Assembly (NCBI GenBank): GCA_963713955.1
Contig: OY970216.1
Span: 506,252-570,251 of the forward strand
Direction: 5' to 3'
Source of the DNA: an uncultured bacterium
GTDB taxonomy: Bacteria > Patescibacteriota > Minisyncoccia > UBA6257 > GWB1-50-10
Length of the DNA: 64,000 nucleotides
Within the stretch, counting starts at the first letter, position 1. Every line of letters starts with the position of its first letter. A model generated the notes under the pieces. That model saw nothing but the letters and a program-made list of their open reading frames with translations, did no database searches and had not been told where the DNA came from. This document shows positions 9,301 through 17,703 of the stretch, one piece after another. Position numbers and translations under genes: made by a program.

Positions 9301-11268
9301 TTAACCTTCTTCCTCTTCGGTCGCGGTGCCGGGTTTTTTCCAGCTTGACCAATCGCAATCCGGATATCGCGAGCAGCCGTAGAAAATCCTACCTTTCTTG
9401 GTTTTCTTCAATCGTATTTCGCCCTCGCCGCATTTCGGGCAAGGACCGAAAACCTCGCTCGGCTTCACGATCGATTTCGTGTTCTTGCATTCCGGAAAGC
9501 CGGAACAAGCGAGGAATTTGCCGAATCGCCCCATCTTGATCACCATCGACTTGCCGCATTTGTCGCACTTCTCGTCCGTCATTTGGGGAGCGAGCGATTC
9601 CTCTTTTTTCACGCTCTCGTATTTTTCTTTCAGCTCCTTGGAAAACGGCTCATAAAAATCGCCCAAAAGCTTCCGCCAGTTTTCTTTTCCCTCCGCTACC
9701 TCGTCCAACTCTTCTTCCATTTTTGCCGTGAACTGGATGTCCACGATTTTCGGGAAATTCTCCACGAGAACCCTATTAACCAATTCGCCGGTCTCAGTCG
9801 GTTCAAATCTCCGATCTTTGTTCTTCACCACGTAATTTCTGGTTTGAATCACAGAGATAATGGGAGCATAGGTCGAGGGTCGTCCGATGCCATAAGCTTC
9901 GAGGGTCTTAATGAGACTCGCTTCATTGTATCTCGCCGGCGGTTCGGTGAAGTGTTCCGTGGGCTCGAGTTTCACTAAGTCAACTTTATCTCCTTCCTTC
10001 AAAAACGGCAGCGTCTTTTCCTCGAACTCCTGCGGCCAAACCTTGAGGAAGCCGTCAAACTTCAGAGAAATGCCATTGGCCTTAAAGAGATATTCTTTGG
10101 CCGCAATTTCGACGCTCTCAGTGTCGAAAACGGCCTGCGGCATCTGGGAAGCGATGAATCTCCTCCAGATCAAATCGTAAAGCTTCCGTTCTTTTTCATC
10201 CTCGACAGATATCTCTTTGGATTGAAGCAGGGGATTGGTTGGCCTTATAGCCTCATGAGCTTCCTGCGCCAGCTTGGATTTGTTCTGAAATCTCCGCGGA
10301 GTTTCAATAAGATACTTTTCGCCAAATTCTTCTTTTATGAACTTCCTGCCTAAAACCAGAGATTCGGACGAAAGATTGACTGAGTCGGTTCTCATATAGG
10401 TTATGAAACCGTTTTCATAGAGACGCTGAGCGAACATCATTGTTTGCCGGGCACTGAATCTCAAACGGCGATTGGCTTCCTGCTGCATAGTACTCGTCGT
10501 AAAAGGCGGCAGGGGATTTCTTTTGTACTCTTTATTTTCGATTGACGCGGTCTTAAATTCCGCGCTTTTTAAGTCAGAGGTGATTTTGTCAACTTCTTCC
10601 TTACTTCTGATCCCCGGTTTTTCTATGGTTTTTCCGTCCACCTTGTAAAGAAATGCCTTGAATTCTTGCTGAGATTTTCTCTCTCGAAGCAGCGCGTCGA
10701 GCGTCCAGTAGGCTTCCGGCTTGAACTTCCTTATTTCTTCTTCACGCTCCGCCACAAGTCGCAGAGCGACGGATTGCACACGGCCTGCCGACAACCCCCG
10801 GAATATCTTTTTCCACAAAAACGGCGACAACTCATAGCCAACCAGTCGATCCAAAATTCTTCTGGCTTGCTGAGCGTCCACGAGGTTCATGTCGATCGTA
10901 CGCGGTTTCTCAAGCGCTTCCGCGAGAGCCCGTTCCGTTATTTCATGGAAAACGATGCGTTCCGCCTTGTCATCCAGTCCCAAAACCTGGGACAAATGCC
11001 AGGCGATGGCTTCTCCTTCGCGATCTTCATCGGATGCGAGGATCACGCTTTCCGATTTGGCGGCCAGTTTCTTCAGGGCCGTTACCAGCTTCTTCGACTT
11101 CATTGGAACTATATAGTGCGGTTCGAACTGATGCTCGAGGTCGATGCCAAGCTTGCTTTTGGGCAAATCTCGCACGTGGCCGAAAGAGGATTCCACGCGG
11201 AAATCCTTTCCCAAGAATTTAGTTATGGTTTTGGCCTTAGTGGGTGATTCCACGATTACCAACTTCAT
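9301..11268 (-). CDS. topA: DNA topoisomerase I with C-terminal zinc ribbons
   Basis: TOPRIM N-terminus MKLVIVESPTKAKTITKFLG...VESSFGHVRDLP. Active-site region MRTDSVNLS. C-terminal CDKCGKSM...CSGFPECKN and CPKCGEG...CSRYPDC. Confidence 0.95.
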   Translation of the reverse strand: MKLVIVESPTKAKTITKFLGKDFRVESSFGHVRDLPKSKLGIDLEHQFEPHYIVPMKSKKLVTALKKLAAKSESVILASDEDREGEAIAWHLSQVLGLDDKAERIVFHEITERALAEALEKPRTIDMNLVDAQQARRILDRLVGYELSPFLWKKIFRGLSAGRVQSVALRLVAEREEEIRKFKPEAYWTLDALLRERKSQQEFKAFLYKVDGKTIEKPGIRSKEEVDKITSDLKSAEFKTASIENKEYKRNPLPPFTTSTMQQEANRRLRFSARQTMMFAQRLYENGFITYMRTDSVNLSSESLVLGRKFIKEEFGEKYLIETPRRFQNKSKLAQEAHEAIRPTNPLLQSKEISVEDEKERKLYDLIWRRFIASQMPQAVFDTESVEIAAKEYLFKANGISLKFDGFLKVWPQEFEEKTLPFLKEGDKVDLVKLEPTEHFTEPPARYNEASLIKTLEAYGIGRPSTYAPIISVIQTRNYVVKNKDRRFEPTETGELVNRVLVENFPKIVDIQFTAKMEEELDEVAEGKENWRKLLGDFYEPFSKELKEKYESVKKEESLAPQMTDEKCDKCGKSMVIKMGRFGKFLACSGFPECKNTKSIVKPSEVFGPCPKCGEGEIRLKKTKKGRIFYGCSRYPDCDWSSWKKPGTATEEEEG

Positions 11269-12158
11269 AGAGTGTTCACTAACTTAAATCTTCCTTCCCT
11301 TTCATCGACTACCCCCGAAAGAATCAGGAATGTCAACTTCCGGCTTATGATATGAGTCTCAAGATGGGTTATTTCCGATAATTTGTCAATGGTGAGAGCG
11401 TCCGCCGAATCTCTGAGGGATGAAACGAGAAGCAATTCGTCCCCGTCGAAAAGCATTTGTCTCTGCCGGTTTTCCAGCAAGAGATAACCGAAGTTGCGGG
11501 CGGTTTCTTTCAGATCTTCCAGTATTTGTTCGATGTCGGAAACCAGTCGGGCTCCATTTCTCAAAAGAAGGTGTGACCCTATATAGTTAAGACTTCTCGC
11601 CGGACCCGGCATTACGAAAACTTCTCTTCCTTCTTCGGCGGCAAGTCTCGCGGTAACCAGTGCTCCCGAACGCTTGGGCGCTTCTATAACGATGGTCGCA
11701 AGGCTGAGACCGCTCACAATTCTATTCCTCTCTAAAAATCTCACCGGATAAGGGGGATCATCGGGAGGGTATTCAGAAATCACACACCCGCCATTTTCCA
11801 GTATTCCGGCTAGAAGTCTCTCATGCGCCCGAGGATAAACCGAGTTGAGTCCGTTCGCGAGAACCGCCACCGTCCTGCCTTTCCGCCGGACGACGCTCGC
11901 CTGAGCTGCTCCGTCTATGCCGAGAGCAAGTCCGCTCACGACTGTTATTCCTTCGCGCGCCAATCCCTCGGCAATTTCCCCGGCTAACATCCTCCCTTCC
12001 TCGGTGGCTTTCCGGGTACCGACAATGGCTACCATTACCTCTCCATCGGATGGCAAAATCCCCCGGTAAAAAAGGTTCGAGGGGGCATTTTTTGTCTCTC
12101 TGAGAAGCCGGGGATAGGACTTGTCTCCCAAAGAGACCGTTTTAATCTTCGCAGGCAT
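11265..12158 (-). CDS. dprA: DNA processing protein DprA (Smf)
   Basis: Rossmann-like motifs VAIVGTRKATEEG, VVSGLALGIDGAAQ, ISEYPPDDPP and RNRIVSGLS, typical of DprA. Confidence 0.9.
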   Translation of the reverse strand: MPAKIKTVSLGDKSYPRLLRETKNAPSNLFYRGILPSDGEVMVAIVGTRKATEEGRMLAGEIAEGLAREGITVVSGLALGIDGAAQASVVRRKGRTVAVLANGLNSVYPRAHERLLAGILENGGCVISEYPPDDPPYPVRFLERNRIVSGLSLATIVIEAPKRSGALVTARLAAEEGREVFVMPGPARSLNYIGSHLLLRNGARLVSDIEQILEDLKETARNFGYLLLENRQRQMLFDGDELLLVSSLRDSADALTIDKLSEITHLETHIISRKLTFLILSGVVDEREGRFKLVNTL

Positions 12159-12193
12159 TAGTGTTATAATAAAACCGACCGATTTACGAGATA

Positions 12194-12718
12194 ATGAACA
12201 ATTTTAAGAAACGTTTGATCAACGAACTGGTTATAACTCTTATCATAATGATAGCACTTATCGGCGGCATTTTGTTTTTTAAGGGGAGTATCGAGACGTA
12301 TGCCGAGAGCATAACGGTCGCGAGAGCCCGGCTGGCGCACCTTTCGAGCGGAGTACTCGAGCTTTCCAATCTTCAATCCCAGTATAGCCAGGTGGCGAAC
12401 TATTTTAACGTCCTGAACGGCATCGTGCCTTCTTACTACGACCTCATAAATCTCAACAAAGACCTCCAATCGCTGGCTGCCGGTCAGAACCTGAGCTATT
12501 CTTTTTCGTTCGCCGGCGAAAATCCAAAGAGCACGAACGGGTTCGGTTCAGTAAACTTCAATCTTTCCGTGAGTTCCGCGAACTTGGATAGCTTGCTTTC
12601 GTTCTTGAACTCGCTCCAACACTTCAAATATCTGAGCGCCGTTGACGGCATTTCATTCAGCCCCCAAGCCGATAACACGGTCACCATGTCAGTGAGAGGC
12701 CGCGTATTCTACAAATAA
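12194..12718 (+). CDS. Membrane-anchored protein, possibly PilO-like pilus assembly component
   Basis: N-terminal TM helix (LVITLIIMIALIGGILFF) followed by a coiled-coil-like region. A pilin-like gene lies nearby at 15917. This is a weak call. Confidence 0.3.
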   Translation: MNNFKKRLINELVITLIIMIALIGGILFFKGSIETYAESITVARARLAHLSSGVLELSNLQSQYSQVANYFNVLNGIVPSYYDLINLNKDLQSLAAGQNLSYSFSFAGENPKSTNGFGSVNFNLSVSSANLDSLLSFLNSLQHFKYLSAVDGISFSPQADNTVTMSVRGRVFYK

Positions 12719-12728
12719 TATCTGGACG

Positions 12729-12938
12729 ATGGAAAAAATAAAAAAGAAAAAATCGCGGAAACAGGAAATATTTTTGCTCATGGCTTTTGTGATGTTCGTC
12801 ATAACGCTCCTTTCCGCAATCTATCTTGTAACGTCTCTCGGGGAAAACATAGGAGAAACGCTGAAGCTTCCGCCGATCAATAATCAGAGTGCGCAATTTG
12901 ACATCCAGGGCTACCAAAAATTAGACTTAACCCAGTAA
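12729..12938 (+). CDS. Small membrane protein, unknown function
   Basis: 69 aa with a single TM segment (IFLLMAFVMFVITLLSAIYLV). Confidence 0.3.
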   Translation: MEKIKKKKSRKQEIFLLMAFVMFVITLLSAIYLVTSLGENIGETLKLPPINNQSAQFDIQGYQKLDLTQ

Positions 12939-12940
12939 CG

Positions 12941-13021
12941 GGGAGCTCGGTAAGCCGAAAAAGTGTGCGCTCCGGGGCGCTAGCCCAAGTCTTACCCACT
13001 TTTTCGCCTTACCGAGCTCCC
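12941..13021. repeat. REP/MITE-like element copy B (81-bp imperfect palindrome GGGAGCTCGGTAAG...CTTACCGAGCTCCC). It is the reverse-orientation homolog of 26082-26153
   Basis: Outer 14-bp and inner CGAAAAAGTG/CACTTTTTCG inverted repeats. The core GCGCTCCGGGGCGCTAGCCCAAGTCTTACCC is the reverse complement of the core in copy C. Confidence 0.7.
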
Positions 13022-13046
13022 TCAGAATAAGTAAAAAGGGAGGTCT

Positions 13047-13064
13047 GCGCATGTAGTTCAGTGG
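13047..13064 (+). other. 5' fragment of a second tRNA-Ile-like sequence (GCGCATGTAGTTCAGTGG, acceptor + D stem/loop start)
   Basis: Its perfect complement CATGCGC lies at 13334-13340 after a T arm. See 13294..13341. Confidence 0.5.
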
Positions 13065-13196
13065 GTTGAAAGCAAATTGCTTTGCTTTCAACGGGCGAAT
13101 ACCTGTGTTAATTTATATATAGTAATTTCGCCCCGGAAGAACGCGTTCCTGATATCTTCGATATAACTGGTTCGCTCGTTCGAAATGAAAAATAAT

Positions 13197-13268
13197 GGGC
13201 ATATAGTTCAGTGGTAGAACGCTGTCCTGATAAGACAGAGGTCCCAGGTTCAATCCCTGGTATGCCCA
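13197..13268 (+). tRNA. tRNA-Ile (anticodon GAU)
   Basis: Manual cloverleaf: GGGCATA/TATGCCC acceptor, GTTC/GAAC D stem, CTGTC-CTGATAA-GACAG anticodon arm, CCAGG-TTCAATC-CCTGG T arm. 72 nt. It is flanked by inverted repeats (..CGAAATGAAAAATAA / TTCTTTTTCATTTCTCG..). Confidence 0.9.
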
Positions 13269-13293
13269 CCCATTCTTTTTCATTTCTCGCTCG

Positions 13294-13341
13294 CTGCCAG
13301 TTATAAGACAGAGGTCGTAGGTTCGATTCCTACCATGCGCA
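13294..13341 (+). other. 3' fragment of the second tRNA-Ile-like sequence (anticodon-loop-like AGTTATAAGACAG, variable AGGTC, T arm GTAGG-TTCGATT-CCTAC, acceptor CATGCGC, A)
   Basis: Pairs perfectly with the 5' fragment at 13047-13053. The middle part (D stem 3' strand and anticodon stem 5' strand) is absent. Confidence 0.5.
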
Positions 13342-13423
13342 CAAGCGAGTGAAATGGAAAAGTATTTTTACATTTCCGAGCGCAGTCGCATGGGAACCGA
13401 AAGGTCACCATACGCACCAATCA

Positions 13424-13495
13424 GGGCCCGTAGTTCAGTGGCAGAACGCCGCTTTTGCAAAGCGGAGGTCAGGAGTCCAATTCTCCTCGGGTCCA
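13424..13495 (+). tRNA. tRNA-Ala (anticodon UGC)
   Basis: GGGCCCG acceptor (with a G3-U70 pair), GTTC/GAAC D stem, CCGCT-TTTGCAA-AGCGG anticodon arm, AGGAG-TCCAATT-CTCCT T arm. 72 nt. Confidence 0.9.
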
Positions 13496-13610
13496 CCTTG
13501 AGTATGTGCTCAACTTGTGTTCGAAAAAGCCTCATGAATACTAGAATTTCTCGGCCAGACCTAGCTTTTCCAAGTTCAAGTCCTCGGGGTATTGATTAAG
13601 AGTAGAAAGT

Positions 13611-14279
13611 ATGGTAACCTTCCACAATATGGGGGGGTTCGAGGAAATCGGGGAAAATCTTGAGGGGCCGACAGCAAAGGAAGAAACAGCGGGTCTCAAC
13701 GAGAATAAAGTGGAGAGCGAAGGCGCAAAGACCCTAGAGGATTATTTGGAACGCTATAAGGAAGTCGTACTTTCGGCTGATTCCGATCCGGAAATGGACC
13801 CCATAAAAAAGATCATGGAGAAAGCGCCGAAAGAATTCCGAGGCAACCTTGCTGGCTGCACGCTCGATCTTAACATCTGGGGCAATCGTGGTCAGGAAAG
13901 GGAGAAGGAAGCAACAATAAGATACATTGATGGAGAGAAGAACATTAAGGAGTGCAGAATTAGGCTCGATGAAATTGAAGAGTACTCTAGAGATAAGGAT
14001 GCCAAGCCGGAGGCATTATGGGAGAGTGTTAGGAAAGAGCTAGAGAGATTGAGATTCTGGGGAGTAACCCACTCTTTTACGAGCAATTACCCTCTCGAGG
14101 GGTTTGGTGGAGTAAACTTCAGTGTGCTCAGGGGGACAGAGAACGAACGAAGGGATAAAAAATTCATGGATTTTCGCAACAAGCTCGACGCAGAGGTCGA
14201 CACCGCTTTAATCAACAAAGGGAAGAGGGTAAGAGAAGAAGCCCAAGAAAAAAGAAGGAAGAAGGAGTTTAGCTTCTGA
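13611..14279 (+). CDS. Hypothetical charged protein (222 aa)
   Basis: Long ORF with acidic/basic low-complexity regions. No motif recognised. Confidence 0.35.
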   Translation: MVTFHNMGGFEEIGENLEGPTAKEETAGLNENKVESEGAKTLEDYLERYKEVVLSADSDPEMDPIKKIMEKAPKEFRGNLAGCTLDLNIWGNRGQEREKEATIRYIDGEKNIKECRIRLDEIEEYSRDKDAKPEALWESVRKELERLRFWGVTHSFTSNYPLEGFGGVNFSVLRGTENERRDKKFMDFRNKLDAEVDTALINKGKRVREEAQEKRRKKEFSF

Positions 14280-14424
14280 AATTGATCCCATCATTTCATT
14301 CTTGGAGAGGTTTTAGCCTGATTCCTCAAACCTAATCAGTCCGTTACTAGGAAGAAGGATGTTTTGCCTTCTTGATAAAATAGGTCCGAACAAATTCTAT
14401 TAGCTTCCACAAATCCGGTTCTCC

Positions 14425-14913
14425 CTACCTCTCCGCTATGTGTCCCGAGAGGGTATCGCCCAAAACGAGGAGCTCCGCTCGGTGTATTCCGAAATTTTTC
14501 GCTCCCGCGACCGTCGGCATCCACACGTCGACAAAATCGGTTTTCCGTTCGCTCATCCGATCCTCGACGGTGAATACTTTATCGCCGAAAAGCCGGGGGA
14601 TCTTGACCTTCGTACCAAAAGGAAGGGAATTAGAAGCCACAAAACCATCCTCGACGTACTTATTGGAGGCGGTTATGAAAGGGGTGTCGTCAGTCTCCCC
14701 CGGAACGCTGGCATACGCAGTAACCCAAACGTCCATGGAGCTAACCACCGGGAAGACAGCTTGCTGAGGTCCCTTATTTTGTGTCTCCACGGCAGCATTT
14801 GCCTTTTCGGCAATGTTGGAAGGCGAAAAGAGAATTTCGTTCATATTCAACATCTTGAGCGGGAGAAGCGTGAATGCCACTACTGCCAAGACTATTATTC
14901 TGCGGTTTTCCAT
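14425..14913 (-). CDS. Secreted 3D-domain / RlpA-like double-psi beta-barrel protein
   Basis: N-terminal signal/TM (IIVLAVVAFTLLPL). C-terminal VTAYASVPGETDDTPFITASN...VASN..PFGTKVKIP resembles the 3D (Asp-Asp-Asp) domain of MltA/YabE/RlpA-like proteins. Confidence 0.5.
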   Translation of the reverse strand: MENRRIIVLAVVAFTLLPLKMLNMNEILFSPSNIAEKANAAVETQNKGPQQAVFPVVSSMDVWVTAYASVPGETDDTPFITASNKYVEDGFVASNSLPFGTKVKIPRLFGDKVFTVEDRMSERKTDFVDVWMPTVAGAKNFGIHRAELLVLGDTLSGHIAER

Positions 14914-14978
14914 AAAAAATGCCCCACTTAAGGGGTATAATGAACTATAAATTCTATCCTATCATAAATCGGAGAAAA

Positions 14979-15052
14979 GTCAACCCTGCTAGTACAAACT
15001 CGATTCCACTCCGTGCGTCAGCAAATCGAGTTTGTACTACGGGGTCAACCCT
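14979..15052. repeat. Mini palindromic element. Perfect 15-bp inverted repeats (AGTACAAACTCGATT / AATCGAGTTTGTACT) with an 18-nt loop, bracketed by a 9-bp direct repeat GTCAACCCT
   Basis: Lies in the divergent region between the 3D-domain gene and the rluA-family gene. Confidence 0.6.
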
Positions 15053-15097
15053 TTGACGCTCCCCAGGATTAGGTAAATAGAGGTATAATTAAATGCA

Positions 15098-15850
15098 ATG
15101 ACGCTTCAAAACATAGATATAATCTACGAAAATAACGATTTCCTGGCTATAAATAAGCCAGCCGGGTGGACAGTCCACAGGCCCCGATCGACTGCCTCGG
15201 TCCGCCCTGACGACCTTTTCATAACCGACTGGCTCCTAGAACGCTACCCGGAGATAGAAGGCGTCGGAGACGATCCAGTCTTGAGGCCAGGAATCGTCCA
15301 CCGGCTCGATAAGAACACCTCCGGGGTACTCCTTATAGCCAAAAACCAGCCGACTTTCGAATATCTGAAGAGCTTATTCCAAGCCAGCCAGATTCAAAAG
15401 ACCTACCTAGCCCTTATTTACGGCAAACTGGTAGGGAAGGGGATCATAAATAAACCGATAGGGATAAAATCAGGAACTGTCAAAAGGAGCACCAATGCCC
15501 AGGATATGAAGATGCTGAAAGACGCCGTGACTGAATACCGGGTTCTTAAAGTACTTCAGGGAGGAAAATACACTCTTCTCGAAATCCACCCTAAAACAGG
15601 TAAGACTCATCAAATACGGGTTCACCTCGCAAGCATAGGCCATCCGGTAGTCGGGGATTCCCTCTACGGCAGAAAGAAGGAGGACATGAACCTATCGAGA
15701 CAGTTCCTCCATGCCCAAAGTCTTGAATTCACCTTCAAAGATGGCAGTCGGATAAAAATAGAAGCTGATCTTCCTTACGATCTTCAAGAGATACTCCAGA
15801 GTTTAGCCATGAGCGAAGAACCCCGGATTGATTCGATCGAATATGACTGA
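15098..15850 (+). CDS. RluA-family 23S rRNA/tRNA pseudouridine synthase (no S4 domain)
   Basis: FLAINKPAGWTVH, HRLDKNTSGVLLIAKN (catalytic Asp), HQIRVHLASIGHPVVGD. Confidence 0.85.
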   Translation: MTLQNIDIIYENNDFLAINKPAGWTVHRPRSTASVRPDDLFITDWLLERYPEIEGVGDDPVLRPGIVHRLDKNTSGVLLIAKNQPTFEYLKSLFQASQIQKTYLALIYGKLVGKGIINKPIGIKSGTVKRSTNAQDMKMLKDAVTEYRVLKVLQGGKYTLLEIHPKTGKTHQIRVHLASIGHPVVGDSLYGRKKEDMNLSRQFLHAQSLEFTFKDGSRIKIEADLPYDLQEILQSLAMSEEPRIDSIEYD

Positions 15851-15861
15851 CCCGAAGCCTC

Positions 15862-15885
15862 CTGAGCACCCGCTTGGCGCTCAGG
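15862..15885 (+). terminator. Hairpin GCCTCCTGAGC..GCTCAGGAGGC after the rluA-family gene
   Basis: 11-bp inverted repeat with no clear U tract. It is followed by TGTGATATAAT (15897-15907), an extended -10 for the pilin-like gene, which has a 9-nt leader. Confidence 0.4.
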
Positions 15886-15916
15886 AGGCTCAGTCTGTGT
15901 GATATAATAAATCAAC

Positions 15917-17119
15917 ATGAGATCCAGCTTCACCTTGATCGAGCTCCTTGTCGTGATAGCCATCTTGGCCGTCCTCGCGACCGCCGTCGTCCTGGTTTTG
16001 AACCCCTCCCAGTTATTGGCTCAAGGAAGAGATTCGACAAGGCTCTCTGATCTTTCCGCTCTGAATAGTGCCCTCTCCTTGTTCCAAGTTGATGCCTATA
16101 CCCAGTCCCTGGGGACTCCGAATACAGTCTATATATCTGTTCCTGACAATGCCTCCTCCTCCTGTGGTTCCTTAGGCCTCCCAACTCCTCCCCCAGGATG
16201 GGCCTATCACTGTGTTCCCGCCTCTTCTTCCACGAAGGTAGACGGAACAGGCTGGATTCCCGTGAATCTTACCCTCCTATCATCAGGATCCCCTTTATCC
16301 AAGCTCCCGATAGACCCTACGAATACCACTAGTTCTGGACTCTACTATACCTACGTATCAGGAGGCTCCTATGCCTTATCCAGTGCCTTGGAATCACAGA
16401 AATACCTTGTATCCACCGCATCCCAAGACCAAGGCTATGATCCTGGGAGGTATGAGATTGGTTCTGACCTTTCCCTTATTGCAAAGTCTGAAGGATTAGT
16501 AGGATGGTGGCCCCTCGATGGGGATGCGAGTGACCGATCAGGGAACAACAACAGTGGGACGTGGTACGGGACGAGTACAACTCGCTATGCTTCAGGCAAA
16601 GTTGGCCAGGCAGGACAATTCAATGGGGTGAGTGATTACATCGATGTGGGGAATGCCGCAAGTGTGAACATTAACGGCCCCTTCACAGTCGGGGCATGGG
16701 TTAACTTTCCAGATTATACTCATGCTGGTGGATTTGTAAGTAAATGCAGTGGGTATGGGACGGCTATGTCCTACACGTTAAGATTAAGCAACGATGCTCA
16801 TGTGTTTTTACAATCGTCGAACGGCACTGTTTTTAGCCCTTATAATACTTATAATGCAAGTGCCAATAACAACAACGCCTGGTTATACTTTGTGGGTGTT
16901 TTCGACGGTACCAAGAGTTATCTTTACCTAAATGGCAGTTTGGTGAATACCCAAACCGGTTTTCCGGTTCCTCAAATTATTTCTGGCGATCTTCTCATTG
17001 GGAGAGTGTACACTGGTGATACCACTTCCTGGTTCAGTGGTATGATCGATGATGCCCGCATCTATAATAGAGCCCTCTCAGCAGCTGAGATCCAAGCGAT
17101 ATATAACGCACAGAAATAA
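15917..17119 (+). CDS. Type IV pilin-like protein (prepilin N-methylation motif) fused to a concanavalin-A-like lectin/LamG domain
   Basis: N-terminus SSFTLIELLVVIAILAVLATAVV is the class III signal / pilin N-methylation motif. C-terminal half (LVGWWPLDGDASDRSGNNNSGTWYG...GPFTVGAWVNF...DDARIYNRALSAAEIQ) is a LamG/ConA-like jelly-roll signature. Confidence 0.75.
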   Translation: MRSSFTLIELLVVIAILAVLATAVVLVLNPSQLLAQGRDSTRLSDLSALNSALSLFQVDAYTQSLGTPNTVYISVPDNASSSCGSLGLPTPPPGWAYHCVPASSSTKVDGTGWIPVNLTLLSSGSPLSKLPIDPTNTTSSGLYYTYVSGGSYALSSALESQKYLVSTASQDQGYDPGRYEIGSDLSLIAKSEGLVGWWPLDGDASDRSGNNNSGTWYGTSTTRYASGKVGQAGQFNGVSDYIDVGNAASVNINGPFTVGAWVNFPDYTHAGGFVSKCSGYGTAMSYTLRLSNDAHVFLQSSNGTVFSPYNTYNASANNNNAWLYFVGVFDGTKSYLYLNGSLVNTQTGFPVPQIISGDLLIGRVYTGDTTSWFSGMIDDARIYNRALSAAEIQAIYNAQK

Positions 17120-17285
17120 AGCTTAATTTCGAATTTTGAGTAAATTACTTAATTCATTAATTCTTGAATTCTCCGCCGATTGGCGGACGAAATTCATAAT
17201 TCTGTAATTCAAAATTCTAGCTACTTGTTACTAGTTACTCATCTTCATTTGACTAGGACAATAGAAAACGATAGTATATATTCCA

Positions 17286-17606
17286 ATGATTAACGAGGAA
17301 GTTCTAAAAAAAATCAAACCCGGCGCCCGCGTGCGGGTCTGGGAGCGGATCAAAGAAGGTGACAAGGAACGACAGTCGTCCTTCGAGGGATTGGTTATCG
17401 CGAGGAAGCATGGCAAGGAAGTCGGCGGTACTTTTACCGTGAGAGCTGTCCTGCACGAGGTGGGAGTAGAAAAGATATATCCCATAAATTCGCCGGCCAT
17501 CGCCAAGATCGAAGTTCTGTCATCGCCGAAGAAAGTACACCGCTCCAAGCTCTACTACGTACGTAATCTCTCGAGCAAACAATTGAAGGAAAAGCTGAAG
17601 ATATAA
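17286..17606 (+). CDS. rplS: 50S ribosomal protein L19
   Basis: KPGARVRVWERIKEGDKERQSSFEGLVIARKHGKEVGGTFTVRAV...IYPINSPAIAKIEVL, a conserved L19 sequence. Confidence 0.9.
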   Translation: MINEEVLKKIKPGARVRVWERIKEGDKERQSSFEGLVIARKHGKEVGGTFTVRAVLHEVGVEKIYPINSPAIAKIEVLSSPKKVHRSKLYYVRNLSSKQLKEKLKI

Positions 17607-17623
17607 AAGAAGTTACCGGAAAA

Positions 17624-17659
17624 CCCCGTCCGTTCGTGGACAGGCGGGGTCTTTGTTTT
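17624..17659 (+). terminator. Rho-independent terminator after rplS
   Basis: CCCCGTCCG..CAGGCGGGG hairpin followed by TCTTTGTTTT. Confidence 0.7.
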
Positions 17660-17703
17660 ACCCTCATCGGTATACGCTCCCACCTTGAGGTATAATAATA
17701 ACA

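Noticed and set aside
13047-13341. Group I or group II intron in the tRNA-Ile and tRNA-Gly loci
   Set aside because: Neither insert contains recognisable group I P/Q/R/S core elements or a group II domain V. The inserts are only ~140-230 nt and consist mainly of a second tRNA plus hairpins. The Gly insert has a target-site duplication and terminal inverted repeats that fit a transposon-like element better.
13354-13599. ORF 13354..13599 (+, 81 aa)
   Set aside because: It runs straight through tRNA-Ala (13424-13495). This is an ORF-finder artefact.
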